Part shown: piece after piece, positions 24,458 to 35,825 of the stretch
Layout: each line of letters begins with the position of its first letter
How positions within the stretch are numbered: the first letter of the stretch is position 1
NCBI GenBank assembly: GCA_032718475.1
Contig: JAUCBJ010001251.1
Location: 1 to 55,348 of the forward strand
DNA length: 55,348 nt
Source: Nemertoderma westbladi
Lineage: Eukaryota; Animalia; Xenacoelomorpha
Reading direction: 5' to 3'
The notes under the pieces: generated by a model
What the model saw: only the letters and a program-made list of their open reading frames with translations
Databases searched by the model: none
Told to the model about the DNA's origin: nothing
Made by a program: the position numbers and the translations under genes

Positions 24458-27400
24458 TTACTCTGCCTGCTCCAGCAGACACAATGAGTGAATGTGACGT
24501 TTATATTCGTGTCCATTCTGGGCACGCACGCGCACATTGCGTACAATCCCATTTGCATCTGGGTATGTACATATTACCCTACCATAAGACCATCTGGACC
24601 TAGGTTTGTCGGGGTCAGTAATAAGAACAACGTCATCTTCTTGAATGTTTCGCTCAACTTTATTCCAGAGCGGTCTCTTTTGGAGTAATGTAATGTATTC
24701 CGTGTTGAATCTTCTCCAAAAAAGGTCACGGAGAACCTCAGTTTGAAGGTAAGTATGGCGACTACCAAAATCTGAAGCATTTGTTTCAGCTATTGGTGCA
24801 TTCTCTGCGGGTCTGTTACAGAGAATATGGTTGGGTGTGAGTGGTTCAAAATCATTCGCGTCGTCAGATAATGCTGTCAAAGGCCGACTATTAAGAATAT
24901 TCTCTACTTCAACGAGGAATGTCATTAACACATCCTCGGTTACAAGCCGGTCACCCAATGTTGACATTAAAATTTGTTTAGTTATGCCAATAAGGCGTTC
25001 AATGAAACCTCGTTCGTGGGGAGCGTAAGGGTCTCCAAAGTGCCATTCTATACCACTTTTACGAAGAAAATCTGCAACCCCAGGTTCACTCACTAAAGCT
25101 CTATAGTATCCCAGTTGTGACTCGGCGCCCACAAAATTTGAGCCATTATCTGAGTACATATGGGATACTCCACCTCTACGTCCTGTGAAGCGACGTAAAC
25201 AATTAATGAATGCATCAGATGATGCATCTGCTGCAAGGTCCAGGTGTACGGCACGAGTTACTTGACATGTAAATATCATGCCATAACGAATGTCATACAA
25301 AGTAGAACGTGTTGCTCTCCGCTCTAAAGTGTAAGGACCAAACATATCACACCCACTATGTTCAAAAGGTGGGTGGTATGGTTGTATTCTGGTTTCAGGC
25401 AAATTAGCCTGAATTTGTGTCATTGGTTTAGCGCGTGTTTGTTTACAGCGATAACATTTCCCTATAATTTGTCGTACTTGACTCTGTCCAGCAATGATCC
25501 AATACTTCCGCCGTATTTCTGACAGAGTTGCATTGGTTGCTAAGTGACCCATTCTAGTGTGTGTATAACGAATAATCGCTGAGGTCACTGGATGGCGCGC
25601 TGGCAGAATGATTGGATTTGCAGTTGTATAAGGCTTATTAGATGCGTTTATACGACTGGAAACTCGAATTAAACCATCTGTATCTATATGTGGTACTAAG
25701 TTACGTAATTTACTATTTATTGGGACTGAATGACCTCTCTTAAGGCATTCATATTCCTTGCTAAATGTCTGTTTCTGAACATAACGCAAGATACATGAGC
25801 CAGATTTACGCAATTCTGCAATTGTCACATGTGCATTTACGCTCATTTCGGTTTCTAATACTTTCTTTTGTTTGACTCTGAGGCACCAGACATGCCAATC
25901 AAACAACCGTATAAGCCACGCTGTAAGTAAACACAGCAAATACCAGGATGAATATTTATTGATGAAATACTTAAGTCTATCATCAATAGATATATCCTTA
26001 GCTAAGTTAATTTTGTGAAGAGTTATCTCAATGGGTGCTAGGTGATCTTTTTCTAGCGTGACGTCATCTTTGTCATTGATGTCTAAGTCAACTACAGAGC
26101 GCCATGTCTCATTCTCGCAGTCATAGACAATGCTAGATGAGAGGTTTGCAACATATGCACACTGTAAATTGCATGTATCTGCCCCCTCATGGCAGATAGC
26201 CCCCTCTTCATAGATCAGCCGATCTAAAGAAGTTAGTCCTAGGGTGTTAATGTTACCAGCATAGACCCCCGGATCAAAATTGGATAAATTAACCTCAGGA
26301 TTATTATCCTCTGTAGGAAGATCAATGTCGGTAATTGGCCGTGGCCAAGTGGATGGTAAATCCGTAAGGTATGGTGGGCCATGCCACCAAAGGGATTTAT
26401 TTAGCAAGTTCTTGACGGATAATCCACGACTGATATCATCAGCCGGGTTTAAAACTCCTGGTACATGATGCCAAGAGTTAGGAGTAGTTCTCAAGACAAT
26501 TTTATTGACACGGGTTGCTTCATAGCGTTTCAAAACACATGTAGGGTTACGAATATACCCTAATACTACTGTAGAATCAGTATGGAAATATTCTGGTACA
26601 TCACCGAGATGCAACTCAAGTCGCAGCATCACAATGATGTCTGTCAGTAATACGGCGGCTTCTAACTCTAGTCGAGGTGTAGAAGTAATTGAAGCCATAT
26701 TAACAATACGACTCTTTGAGTATAATATGTTTACACGTACATCCCTATTATACTCAGCACGTATATATGCCACAGCCCCATATGCATAATCAGAGGCATC
26801 AGAAAACAAGTGCAATTGATAGTTGCAACTAGATGGAAGATCTTGCCGCAGGAGGCGGTCTATCTCTACATCATTAAGAAGAGGAAGTTGATTCTCCCAC
26901 TTTATCCACGCTCTTTGCAGTTCCATTGGGATTTTATCATCCCAGTCACACCCTGCTTTCCAGATAGACTGTATTATTAGTTTACCCTGAACTAGAAATG
27001 GTGCAAGGAACCCCAGAGGATCATATGTTGACGCAAACTTACTAAGACAACCTGCTTTAGTATAAGGACGTTGTTTAACCTTCACATCAAAGGTAAATAT
27101 ATCAGCTTGTGGGTCCCAAACCACACCAAGGGCTCTAGTCACTGGCAAGTGGTCAAGGTCTAGATCAACTTTAGGACTGAGAGCATCTGAAGCCATGGAA
27201 GCCAGAAACTCTTTACTGTTTGACTGGAATTTTCTAAGATTAAAACCCCCTAAGGATAGACAATCAATTAGGTCATGCGCTAATTGAGTGGCCTCTTCCA
27301 CTGAGTCAACTGATGGTAGACCATCATCAACATAAAATGACTCATCAATAACTCTAGCAACATCAGAAACAAATAAGTCATTATGGTCTTTCCCACACTG

Positions 27401-30400
27401 TTTAACAGTGTTACCTGCTATGCAAGGTGAATCACGCGCTCCAAATGGGTGTCGAACCATTTTATAGACAACCATATCACCCTTAGGTGGCTTCCATAGA
27501 AACCGAAGGCTGTCGGAGTCCTCCCTAGTTACACCAATCTGGTGGAACATTGCCTCTATATCACAACAGAAAGCAATGCTCCCTAAACGAATACGTATTA
27601 ATACTCCAATGAGGGGTATAATTTGTGGTGGACCATCTAATAATTGGGAGTTCAATGACATCCCTTTATAGATGGCTGCCGCATCATTAACTATGCGGAT
27701 CTTACCAGGTTTACTATCATGTTCAACATGATGATGAGGTAGGTAATAAGTTTGTGGTGAATGTCTTTTAAATTCTTCCAATGATAACTTTACTGCATAT
27801 CCTGCAGTTTCATAATCTAACAATTGATTATGATATTGTTGATATTTGGCTGGATACTTTTCTAAACGACGTATTAAGCCATCCAGTCGACGCTTCGCCA
27901 ATGGATAGTTATTCATTAATTGAGGAGGATTTTGATTCCAGAGCATTCCTACAGTATACCGACCATTATCTAAGGAAGTTGTTTCCTTAAGTATGGATAA
28001 TGCTCGTTCATCACTCCGTGATAAGACGGTTTCCTCATCCTTAGCGTTGGACATTGGTTTCAGAACCTGATTGTCATCATTAGTATAACCTTCCAAACCT
28101 AATTGTTGTTTAACTACAGACACCCAATCATAACTGGATATTTCAAGATGCCTGATTTCACAATTTACTTTAACAGATGGAATTGGTCCCACTAAGGCAT
28201 ACCCAAATGGTGTATGCACAATAGTAGGGCCTTTTCTTGTTTCTTGAACTATTGCATGTTCATGAATGTAACCAGCATCCCGACCTATGATTATAGTAAC
28301 TTCTGGTAACTCAATACCTGAAGGAACTAGTTGATCCAGATATGGCTGGAAATCTGGATATGCTGACAAATCTATACTTGCCAGATCTGGGACTCTTGTC
28401 TGTTGAAGGTTGTCTAACACCAAAGTGTTAGAAACTTTAGTAATAAATGTTTCATCTACTGCAGGGCGACCTTTTAAAGGCCTAATAGAGCAAGCTATTG
28501 AAGCAATAGGATGCACACTAATTGATAATACCTCTTTGATTGTCATCAAAGATTGGGAATCCGGAACTTCATTCATGAACTGCAATACCTTAGCATGCAA
28601 AACTGTATGAGTTGAACCTGAATCCAGTAAGGCAAAAGTACTAAGACGTTTGTCATTTATGTCAATAGTTACGGGTACTACAGACAACCACATCTCCATA
28701 TTAATATGCGATTGCTTATCACAACGCAATATTGTCACATCATGATTTGTGATACTATATGTACCAGATTTATTTGTTTCAGCTGAAATTGGAATCTCAG
28801 CCATGGAATTACTTGAAACCAATTCACTCCTAAATGTTTTAATTTTAGCTGATTTCTTGGTATCCTCTATATAACCAAGAATCCAATGAAGGACAGAGTG
28901 GTGAGCACCTTGGCAATGCTCACAGATTGGTTTGCGTGTTATTTTTGAATATTTTGGGCAGACAGTATTCCTATGCCCCCTTTCCACACAATAGTGACAT
29001 ACATCCCCACTGTGGTACCATGCCACCTTATGGATAATGTCCAAATGATTAAACTTTGAGCAATGGGATATTGTATGTCCTTCTAGTTCACAATAAGAAC
29101 AATTTAATACTCGCTTTGGAATTGTGGATGTATTTGCCTCTTTATAGCCTGCTCCATTAGAAGTCCCTTGAACTGGTTCTGGGGACTTCATAGCATCGTT
29201 TGATCGTGTGGATGGGTCAGGCCCATGTGCTGATGCTGAAGCAGGCATAAAAGGTCGATTTCCACCTCCCCTATTTCTGCTGGTCCCTCTATAACCAGAT
29301 GGTGCACCAGTGGTTGACACATAATTTAATGTAGCCATTGGTGTTGAATTTAAGTTATTTATTGTGGACACTCGCTGTGGACTTGGTTTACTGGATTGAC
29401 TTGACCCTGGTACATTAGCTGTTTGGTTTGGCCTGTAGCCACCACCTACATCAACGTAAACAGGATCATTAACAATCTGTGCTTCACATTTAATATATTC
29501 TGCAAGTTCAGTTAATCTAGGTTCACGGTTGTGGTTTTGTCTAATATAATAAACTTTGCGTTTCCACCGCTCATACATTCGAATGTCGAGGTTCTCAGCA
29601 ACCCTTCGCAGATTGGTAGATGAATTCATTTCATCCGCTGATTTAAAATATTGCAAAACCAAAACCATTTGTGAGATCTTGTCTGCATAATTTTGCAATT
29701 TGAACCTACGTTGTGTTTCTGAACCAGAGTTCAGATCAACTTTTTCTGTCAATTCTGTTATAATTCTCTCAACTATAACACTCGGATGGCCATACCTTCC
29801 ATGCAAGGCATCCCATGCAGCTTTATACCCACCTGGCAAACCTAAAAACCCTTTAACCAGACCAAGGGGAATTGGGCCCAAATATTGTGTTAAGCACATG
29901 AATTTTTCCATTTCATTTAATTCTTGAGATTCAATATAAGAAATAAAACTAGCTACAAAATTTATATAGCCACTAGCTTCTCCATTAAATTTGGGCACTT
30001 CCATTTTTGGCAATGAAAGCTTAGTGTTTAGCCTTTCAATAGCCTTTACACTCATGGCACTAACATTCATAACCTGTGTCATGACTTCACACATCTGTGA
30101 TTCGATATTAGGAGTAGATCCCATCCCCACACGGTGACCTGGATCATGAAAAGGGTTCTGTAATGGTTCAGGTATGGGCCAATTGTTAATTGGCGATTCA
30201 GGTGAATTTTGTGCCCCAGGAACAGGTATCTGGAATCCTGGACTCGAATTAAGCACAGGGTTTGCTTTCAAACAATCGAAATGGTAAAAATTCTCAGGTG
30301 TAGAAAATTTTTGTACATTTGATGGTGTATCACTTCTAATTCCACCCTTATATGGTGGCTTAAACACATCACCTACTCCTAAATGGTTTATAGGCATAGG

Positions 30401-32395
30401 TTGTGAGCCCTGCAATAAAGAGTTAAACATAGGCTCTGACAATTTATCAAGTAATTTATCAGGTACAGCCCAACTGCGGGAGGACATCTGGGCCTGGGGG
30501 GAAACAGTTGTCACTATTGGGTCCACTCTGTGGGTTTTTTGTGATGGCTGTGCTATATTTGAAATTGTAGTGCTTGGATTATAGCTGGGCACAAATGTAT
30601 TTACATTATCTATATTTGTGTGGGTATAATCATCACCGTCATTGTTTGTATGTGTATAGTGAAGATATCGTTGACTGCCACTATATTGAGATTCAGAGAT
30701 ATCCCTGTTGTCCAAAGACCGTGTCATGGGGCCAGGGGGCAATGCAGTGACAATTTCAGTAGGTGTAACCTGTGTAGAACGGGTAATAACAAAGTGAGTA
30801 TCAGTTTGCATTCCCTCGTCCACAGTTGGCATAGTCAATTTATATTCAGGACTAGAATCCTGCATATCGACTTCAATTGACATGTCATTACGATTTTGAG
30901 TCGAATTAAATGGTTGGTTGTGTAGAATAGAAACAACAGGAGATAGTGGCCTAGGCCTAGGGTTTATAGGCATGTAGGTGTCCTCCTGTCTTATGGGACC
31001 AACAGAGGATAATTCACCACCATCTTGCTGAAATGTGACTATACAAGGATTAGTGTCTACTTTAGGCTTATTAAATAAAGCCATAATTGGTGATCTATAG
31101 TTAGATGGATCTGAACCTGCCTCTAAAGCAGCTAAAACTTCAGGTTCATCTGTCGACAAAAGGACCTCTAATGTAGCCCGTTCAAGGTCATTATGAGACT
31201 CAGTGACAGCAAGTTGGCGTTTAGCCCTAGATTGCTGTTGCTCAAGTTTGAGATCGACTAAACGTTTATTTGCAGCAGCAACTGCCTCTGCCTCTAGTTG
31301 AGCCGTTTTGAGTTTCGTTTCTTCACTATCAAGCGCCTCAGCTAAACGCAGGTTATTTTCCATTTGTTTAGTCTTAAGCAAAGCCCTTTGATGCCTCCTG
31401 AGAGCCCTTAATGATTTAGATTTCTCAGAAAGCTGTGAACTATGTTGTGAAACCGAATCCGATGGTTTGATTTGTGAACTAGTATCACTACCAGTAACAT
31501 TCCTGGCAGTAATATCATTTGGTACAGCCCTAGACCCCGTCACCATTTCAGTACAAACGACACCAGCATCTATGGGTGATTTAACTGGTTCACTACCACT
31601 ATCAGGTATCAATGGGCCTTTATTCAGTGAATACACTGCTGCAGAAATGTCTACAGCAATGGGACAAACTGGTGTCTCTTCACTAATGCCCCCTGCGCCT
31701 GCCCCTGTTGATATGTCCACCAATGTATCCATATCATTAAAATCGGCAGGTGTGCTCGCGGTAAATGTGTGTCCCTGTCTACTTGAATCACCCTGACTGA
31801 CTTGCTCGACTGTATCATTATAATATGGTGTCTCATCGATATGAACGGGACTAGGTGTGTTTCCTAAAACCGGTACAAGAATTATTGATCCCTGTAAAAG
31901 GCTATATATTTCGCGTAATTTAGCACACTGCATCTCATGATATTCTGCACGTTCCACTTTCGAAATTGCATGTTGGTCCTCATTTCCTTGCAATTGAAAT
32001 TTTACAAGTAAGGCTGACCATATACAATTAATATCATGCAATGTTTGCTTGGCTGTAAATAGCCGTATTTTGCGCTGCTCTACGGTAATTCGTTGGTGAC
32101 ATTCCATAAATTCACTATATATTTTGGTAAACTTACCCTTATGTGCACGTAGTTTATATCTTAATGAAGGGATGTCCAGTCCATCCAACCCGACAATATC
32201 CCCTTGGGAAGGAGGCTGGGATTCATCAAGTGGCTGCATCGCTAGCACCGAGTTTGTTGTCCCAGAACTTGTGCTACTACTGCTCTCGGCACCTGGAGCT
32301 GACATTTTAGTACCGGTATTCTGGTATTGCAACAAGTAGACAAGCTGACAAGTACAAAGTAAACAATAAACAATTTGGCAATTTAATTTAAACAA
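24458..32395 (-). CDS. BEL/Pao Gag-Pol polyprotein (2645 codons; first ATG ~30 codons in)
   Basis: Gag (LPKMEVPKFNG), three Cys/His knuckles, protease LLDSGS, RT (YYLPHH, DIEAMFHQ, FYVDD), RNase H (LHLFSDAS, TDS), integrase (H..MGH..CYRC, SDNGSNFVGA, LTPNH), in BEL domain order. Confidence 0.96.
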   Translation of the reverse strand: MFKLNCQIVYCLLCTCQLVYLLQYQNTGTKMSAPGAESSSSTSSGTTNSVLAMQPLDESQPPSQGDIVGLDGLDIPSLRYKLRAHKGKFTKIYSEFMECHQRITVEQRKIRLFTAKQTLHDINCIWSALLVKFQLQGNEDQHAISKVERAEYHEMQCAKLREIYSLLQGSIILVPVLGNTPSPVHIDETPYYNDTVEQVSQGDSSRQGHTFTASTPADFNDMDTLVDISTGAGAGGISEETPVCPIAVDISAAVYSLNKGPLIPDSGSEPVKSPIDAGVVCTEMVTGSRAVPNDITARNVTGSDTSSQIKPSDSVSQHSSQLSEKSKSLRALRRHQRALLKTKQMENNLRLAEALDSEETKLKTAQLEAEAVAAANKRLVDLKLEQQQSRAKRQLAVTESHNDLERATLEVLLSTDEPEVLAALEAGSDPSNYRSPIMALFNKPKVDTNPCIVTFQQDGGELSSVGPIRQEDTYMPINPRPRPLSPVVSILHNQPFNSTQNRNDMSIEVDMQDSSPEYKLTMPTVDEGMQTDTHFVITRSTQVTPTEIVTALPPGPMTRSLDNRDISESQYSGSQRYLHYTHTNNDGDDYTHTNIDNVNTFVPSYNPSTTISNIAQPSQKTHRVDPIVTTVSPQAQMSSRSWAVPDKLLDKLSEPMFNSLLQGSQPMPINHLGVGDVFKPPYKGGIRSDTPSNVQKFSTPENFYHFDCLKANPVLNSSPGFQIPVPGAQNSPESPINNWPIPEPLQNPFHDPGHRVGMGSTPNIESQMCEVMTQVMNVSAMSVKAIERLNTKLSLPKMEVPKFNGEASGYINFVASFISYIESQELNEMEKFMCLTQYLGPIPLGLVKGFLGLPGGYKAAWDALHGRYGHPSVIVERIITELTEKVDLNSGSETQRRFKLQNYADKISQMVLVLQYFKSADEMNSSTNLRRVAENLDIRMYERWKRKVYYIRQNHNREPRLTELAEYIKCEAQIVNDPVYVDVGGGYRPNQTANVPGSSQSSKPSPQRVSTINNLNSTPMATLNYVSTTGAPSGYRGTSRNRGGGNRPFMPASASAHGPDPSTRSNDAMKSPEPVQGTSNGAGYKEANTSTIPKRVLNCSYCELEGHTISHCSKFNHLDIIHKVAWYHSGDVCHYCVERGHRNTVCPKYSKITRKPICEHCQGAHHSVLHWILGYIEDTKKSAKIKTFRSELVSSNSMAEIPISAETNKSGTYSITNHDVTILRCDKQSHINMEMWLSVVPVTIDINDKRLSTFALLDSGSTHTVLHAKVLQFMNEVPDSQSLMTIKEVLSISVHPIASIACSIRPLKGRPAVDETFITKVSNTLVLDNLQQTRVPDLASIDLSAYPDFQPYLDQLVPSGIELPEVTIIIGRDAGYIHEHAIVQETRKGPTIVHTPFGYALVGPIPSVKVNCEIRHLEISSYDWVSVVKQQLGLEGYTNDDNQVLKPMSNAKDEETVLSRSDERALSILKETTSLDNGRYTVGMLWNQNPPQLMNNYPLAKRRLDGLIRRLEKYPAKYQQYHNQLLDYETAGYAVKLSLEEFKRHSPQTYYLPHHHVEHDSKPGKIRIVNDAAAIYKGMSLNSQLLDGPPQIIPLIGVLIRIRLGSIAFCCDIEAMFHQIGVTREDSDSLRFLWKPPKGDMVVYKMVRHPFGARDSPCIAGNTVKQCGKDHNDLFVSDVARVIDESFYVDDGLPSVDSVEEATQLAHDLIDCLSLGGFNLRKFQSNSKEFLASMASDALSPKVDLDLDHLPVTRALGVVWDPQADIFTFDVKVKQRPYTKAGCLSKFASTYDPLGFLAPFLVQGKLIIQSIWKAGCDWDDKIPMELQRAWIKWENQLPLLNDVEIDRLLRQDLPSSCNYQLHLFSDASDYAYGAVAYIRAEYNRDVRVNILYSKSRIVNMASITSTPRLELEAAVLLTDIIVMLRLELHLGDVPEYFHTDSTVVLGYIRNPTCVLKRYEATRVNKIVLRTTPNSWHHVPGVLNPADDISRGLSVKNLLNKSLWWHGPPYLTDLPSTWPRPITDIDLPTEDNNPEVNLSNFDPGVYAGNINTLGLTSLDRLIYEEGAICHEGADTCNLQCAYVANLSSSIVYDCENETWRSVVDLDINDKDDVTLEKDHLAPIEITLHKINLAKDISIDDRLKYFINKYSSWYLLCLLTAWLIRLFDWHVWCLRVKQKKVLETEMSVNAHVTIAELRKSGSCILRYVQKQTFSKEYECLKRGHSVPINSKLRNLVPHIDTDGLIRVSSRINASNKPYTTANPIILPARHPVTSAIIRYTHTRMGHLATNATLSEIRRKYWIIAGQSQVRQIIGKCYRCKQTRAKPMTQIQANLPETRIQPYHPPFEHSGCDMFGPYTLERRATRSTLYDIRYGMIFTCQVTRAVHLDLAADASSDAFINCLRRFTGRRGGVSHMYSDNGSNFVGAESQLGYYRALVSEPGVADFLRKSGIEWHFGDPYAPHERGFIERLIGITKQILMSTLGDRLVTEDVLMTFLVEVENILNSRPLTALSDDANDFEPLTPNHILCNRPAENAPIAETNASDFGSRHTYLQTEVLRDLFWRRFNTEYITLLQKRPLWNKVERNIQEDDVVLITDPDKPRSRWSYGRVICTYPDANGIVRNVRVRAQNGHEYKRHIHSLCLLEQAE

Positions 32396-32790
32396 CCGAA
32401 AACTCGGTACTACTTAAAGTTTAGTGTTGGCCTACCGGTAATTTCAAATATATAGGCTGATAGGCTACAGTGCTACTGATAGATATAGGCCTGGGCAATA
32501 GAAAAGTTACTACCTGACCTGCTGACTACGGTACTTCAGTACTAAGGCTGAAGACGGAAGAAGGCTAAAGGCTTAGCCTGACATTCTGGAATTATTTGTA
32601 AAAATACAGAAATACACTTTCAGACTTACAGACTTAGGCCTAAATATAAATGCTGAAATGTATTTTAATGCTTAGGCACTAATTATTTTATTTACTAACA
32701 GCCTAATGACAGAATGACTGTTTAAAGGCAGAAAGGATGCTTTTTTGTTAACAGTCAGACAGTCTAATGACTGTTTAAAGCTGTAAAGGA

Positions 32791-32801
32791 TGCTTTTTTA
32801 C
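32791..32801 (-). promoter_or_regulatory. Atypical primer-binding site GTAAAAAAGCA, complementary to LTR 33424-33434
   Basis: Immediately 3' of the 5' LTR on the element strand; lacks TGG; exact 11-nt reverse complement of an LTR-internal segment. Confidence 0.55.
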
Positions 32802-33593
32802 TGTGCCGGATGGCCGCTAACTAGAACGACCGCTGGCAATAAATAAATACAACAGTCCGATAGTCGGCTTGGTCCGACTATCCTGAGGCCCAATAACTGG
32901 GAACGATAGTCCAACATTCAGACGCGGGGTCTGCAGTCTAATAGTCAGACCCTGAGTCTGAATGTCCTATCGGCGGATCGGTAAAGGATGGCAATTGCTA
33001 GGGGTGAAGTATGGATAAAGACGCGCTAGCTACGGGGACTGTCAGGCTGAGGCTACTGACTCCATCTAATATGAAAAGACTCGTAAACTACTGCGGTCTC
33101 AGGTCGTATAATATAATGAATGACAGACAAGGCACGAATACAGAAATATAAATATACCATACGGTATATTCTACAAGCGAACTCACAGATAAAGTTCGTG
33201 TCTGACAAAATGTCAGACACACACAGCCTGACAGCACATCCAACCACTGCTGCACTATGCAAACAGAAGCCGGTCAGTCGGACTGTCGGACCTACGGGTA
33301 AATAGGCCCTTAGCTTAAGACTGTAAGCTAAGGCAAAGCCTAGCTATAAATGTCGCACAGTTGTCAGTGAGTCTACCGGTCGGTAGGCTCACCTACTGAC
33401 TGAACAGGAAATGTAGCAGAGCGGTAAAAAAGCAACGCCAATAGATAGCCTGTTCTACTATCCTCAGATAGCTGCTATCACAAAGCCTGAATCAGCCCGG
33501 GCATCGTGTCACTTCCGGTGGCACGACCTATACGAGCTAAAACATACTGTATAACCTATCTAATACATAGTATTGTGATCAGTATCCGGCACA
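32802..33593 (-). repeat. 5' LTR (792 bp)
   Basis: Direct repeat of 22403-23194. Confidence 0.95.
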
Positions 33594-33598
33594 CATTC

Positions 33599-33790
33599 TG
33601 AAAAACAGGAAGTCATACGACTGAAAAAATTAGATTCTCAAATTACATCTCTAAAGGGTCATAACTTGACGGAATCTGAGGAACTCCATTTCAAAGAACG
33701 CACAGAGTTAGTGCAATATTTGCGCAATTTTGGAAATCATCGTCACAATCAGGAAGTGAATGAGTTTAAGTCAGGTACCTTAATCCTTTT
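33599..33790 (+). pseudogene. Continuation of the exon split by BEL, then truncated
   Basis: (HS)EKQEVIRLKK...ERTELVQYLRNFGNHRHNQEVNEFKSGTLI is in frame once one TSD copy is removed. Confidence 0.65.
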
Positions 33791-33799
33791 TTAGAGTTT

Positions 33800-34085
33800 T
33801 TAAATTTTTTTGGTATTGGTGAAAGTTCTAGAACATTAGTAGATATGTTTTTTATGATAGCTACCGGTAGTGTTTTTTTGCTAGCTAGTATTTTTAGAAA
33901 TTATAAAAAATATGAAAGTCCATGATATTTCAGGTTAACCTGTTGAAGAATATATTAATGACCAAAATAATTTCCAAAAATTACTAGCTAGTAAAAAATA
34001 CTAGCTATATACCATAAAAAATCTACTAAGGTTCTAGAACATTCACTAATATAAAAAAGCAATCAAAATCACAAAAAAATAAAAG
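33800..34085. mobile_element. Foldback/MITE related to 35790-37344, with one copy of the 151-bp unit
   Basis: Imperfect long inverted arms (TTCTAGAAC, CTAGCTAGTA) and the same core as the 151-bp array. Confidence 0.65.
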
Positions 34086-35825
34086 TTAAAAAAACTCATT
34101 CGGGACCCTTTTGCTTAAGGAGTCAAAATTGTAGAAAAAATTCCCGAAGTTGCGACGTTTGCGAAATTCGCGAAGAATCCGTCAGTTTCTGTGCCCTAAT
34201 GGGTTCGTGCCAAAACAATCAAATATTACACACTTAACACACACGAACTAATTTAAAGTGGGTATTAGTATGCCTGAATAATTAAATAGAAATTAAGTTA
34301 ATGAACGCTATTTCAACATGAAATCTACGGAATCAATACACAACACACGCACACTACTGAATTTAAAAATTTATATAGATTGCAACTTATATTTGGCTAC
34401 CTTTTAATGGGTGACTAATTTAATTATTCAACCCTATATATTTGTAGCCTTTTTAATTTGTGCCTTTAATTGAATCAAGCATTAAACTAAAATATATGTC
34501 ACAATATTGGTCTGTCTGTTGATGGTCAATGAATCTCTCATAAATTTGTTAATTAGTCGCTGTTCAGTCATTGAACATTTGAACACGTGCTGCTCGAAGA
34601 CCCCACAACGTGTATCTATATGCCTGTATGTCATGTCTGTCGGGATTCACTTCATTAATGTTTTTAATCCACAAAAATCTCAAACAATCCCTATCAGACT
34701 CGTTAATCTGGCATTGCATAAATGCTTGCTGAATGTCAGCTGTAATTCCAATGGGCCGTAATGGAAAGAGTAATAAATTATTGCATAAATTCGGGAGTAA
34801 GTTTGGTCCCGATTCTAAACAGTCGTTTAATGAAATATCAGTTGTAAAGCTTCTTGCTGAAGCATTGAAAACTATTCGCAACTTCGTTGTTTCTCGTCAT
34901 TCGCGTACAACACCATGGTGTGGAATGTAATGCACTGCATTTCCTTCCTGAAGCGCCACTGTGTGACTTACTTTTTCTATGTATCCTTTTGAAAAGTGAT
35001 CTTCTATTACATTGTTGTATTTGTTCAACATACCTGGTTTAATTAACCGCCGTAATAATCCTGATGGACGTTGACTGCAAATCGAAAAATGATCCAACAG
35101 AGAACTGGATAAGACTTTGAATGGAAGTGAAACAGAATAAAGTCCGTTGATCATTTTCATGTCTCCTAAACTGATATCTGTATCGTCAGGTTTTCCGTCG
35201 CTTAAATTGTCTATTGCCCAACATTCTTTTAAAATTTCTATCAAACCTGAATTATTGTTCGGCGTATTTCTTGTCGGTTCTGATGGTTCTGTACCAATGA
35301 GCATATTGGTACATGCTCTTTCGTTACTTATCGAACCGTCTGTGATTGCTAGTGGCTCGGTGAATCTATTTGAAACTGTGCCAGATAGTAGCCACCCAAA
35401 TTCGCTATCTAATGCTATAAGATCCGATCCTATAGATCGCACAATTGTTCGAGTTACAAAGTACCAGTAATGATTTGCACCTATAATTAGTTGAACGGGA
35501 AATGTACCTGCTGGTGATGTGATGCCTAACGTTGGATCTGCTAACTGAGATGCTTTCAAACTGAGGTTTGCCGTCCAGGTACCAGGGGATGGTCCTACGT
35601 GTTTCACATATTTTGTCAATTACTAGTACTCTGCTAGTAGCTACTGTACCATTTCTCAAAATCAAACTTATTTCTACTGTATTAAATTCCGCAATGTCGC
35701 ACTTTTTCCCACCAAACCCTTGGACCTCTAAATTTAAAACGCCTACAACCTGTAATTTATGCTGCATTACAAAATCTGAAACCTGAATCGGCACTTTTTC
35801 GGTATTGGGGCCCCATTTTTTAGAT

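Larger units (their letters stand above)
22403..33593 (-). mobile_element. Full-length BEL/Pao LTR retrotransposon, apparently intact and recent
   Basis: Two 792-bp LTRs; 5-bp TSD CATTC (22398-22402, 33594-33598); purine-rich GAGGGGGC on the minus strand next to the 3' LTR; single long ORF. Confidence 0.97.
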
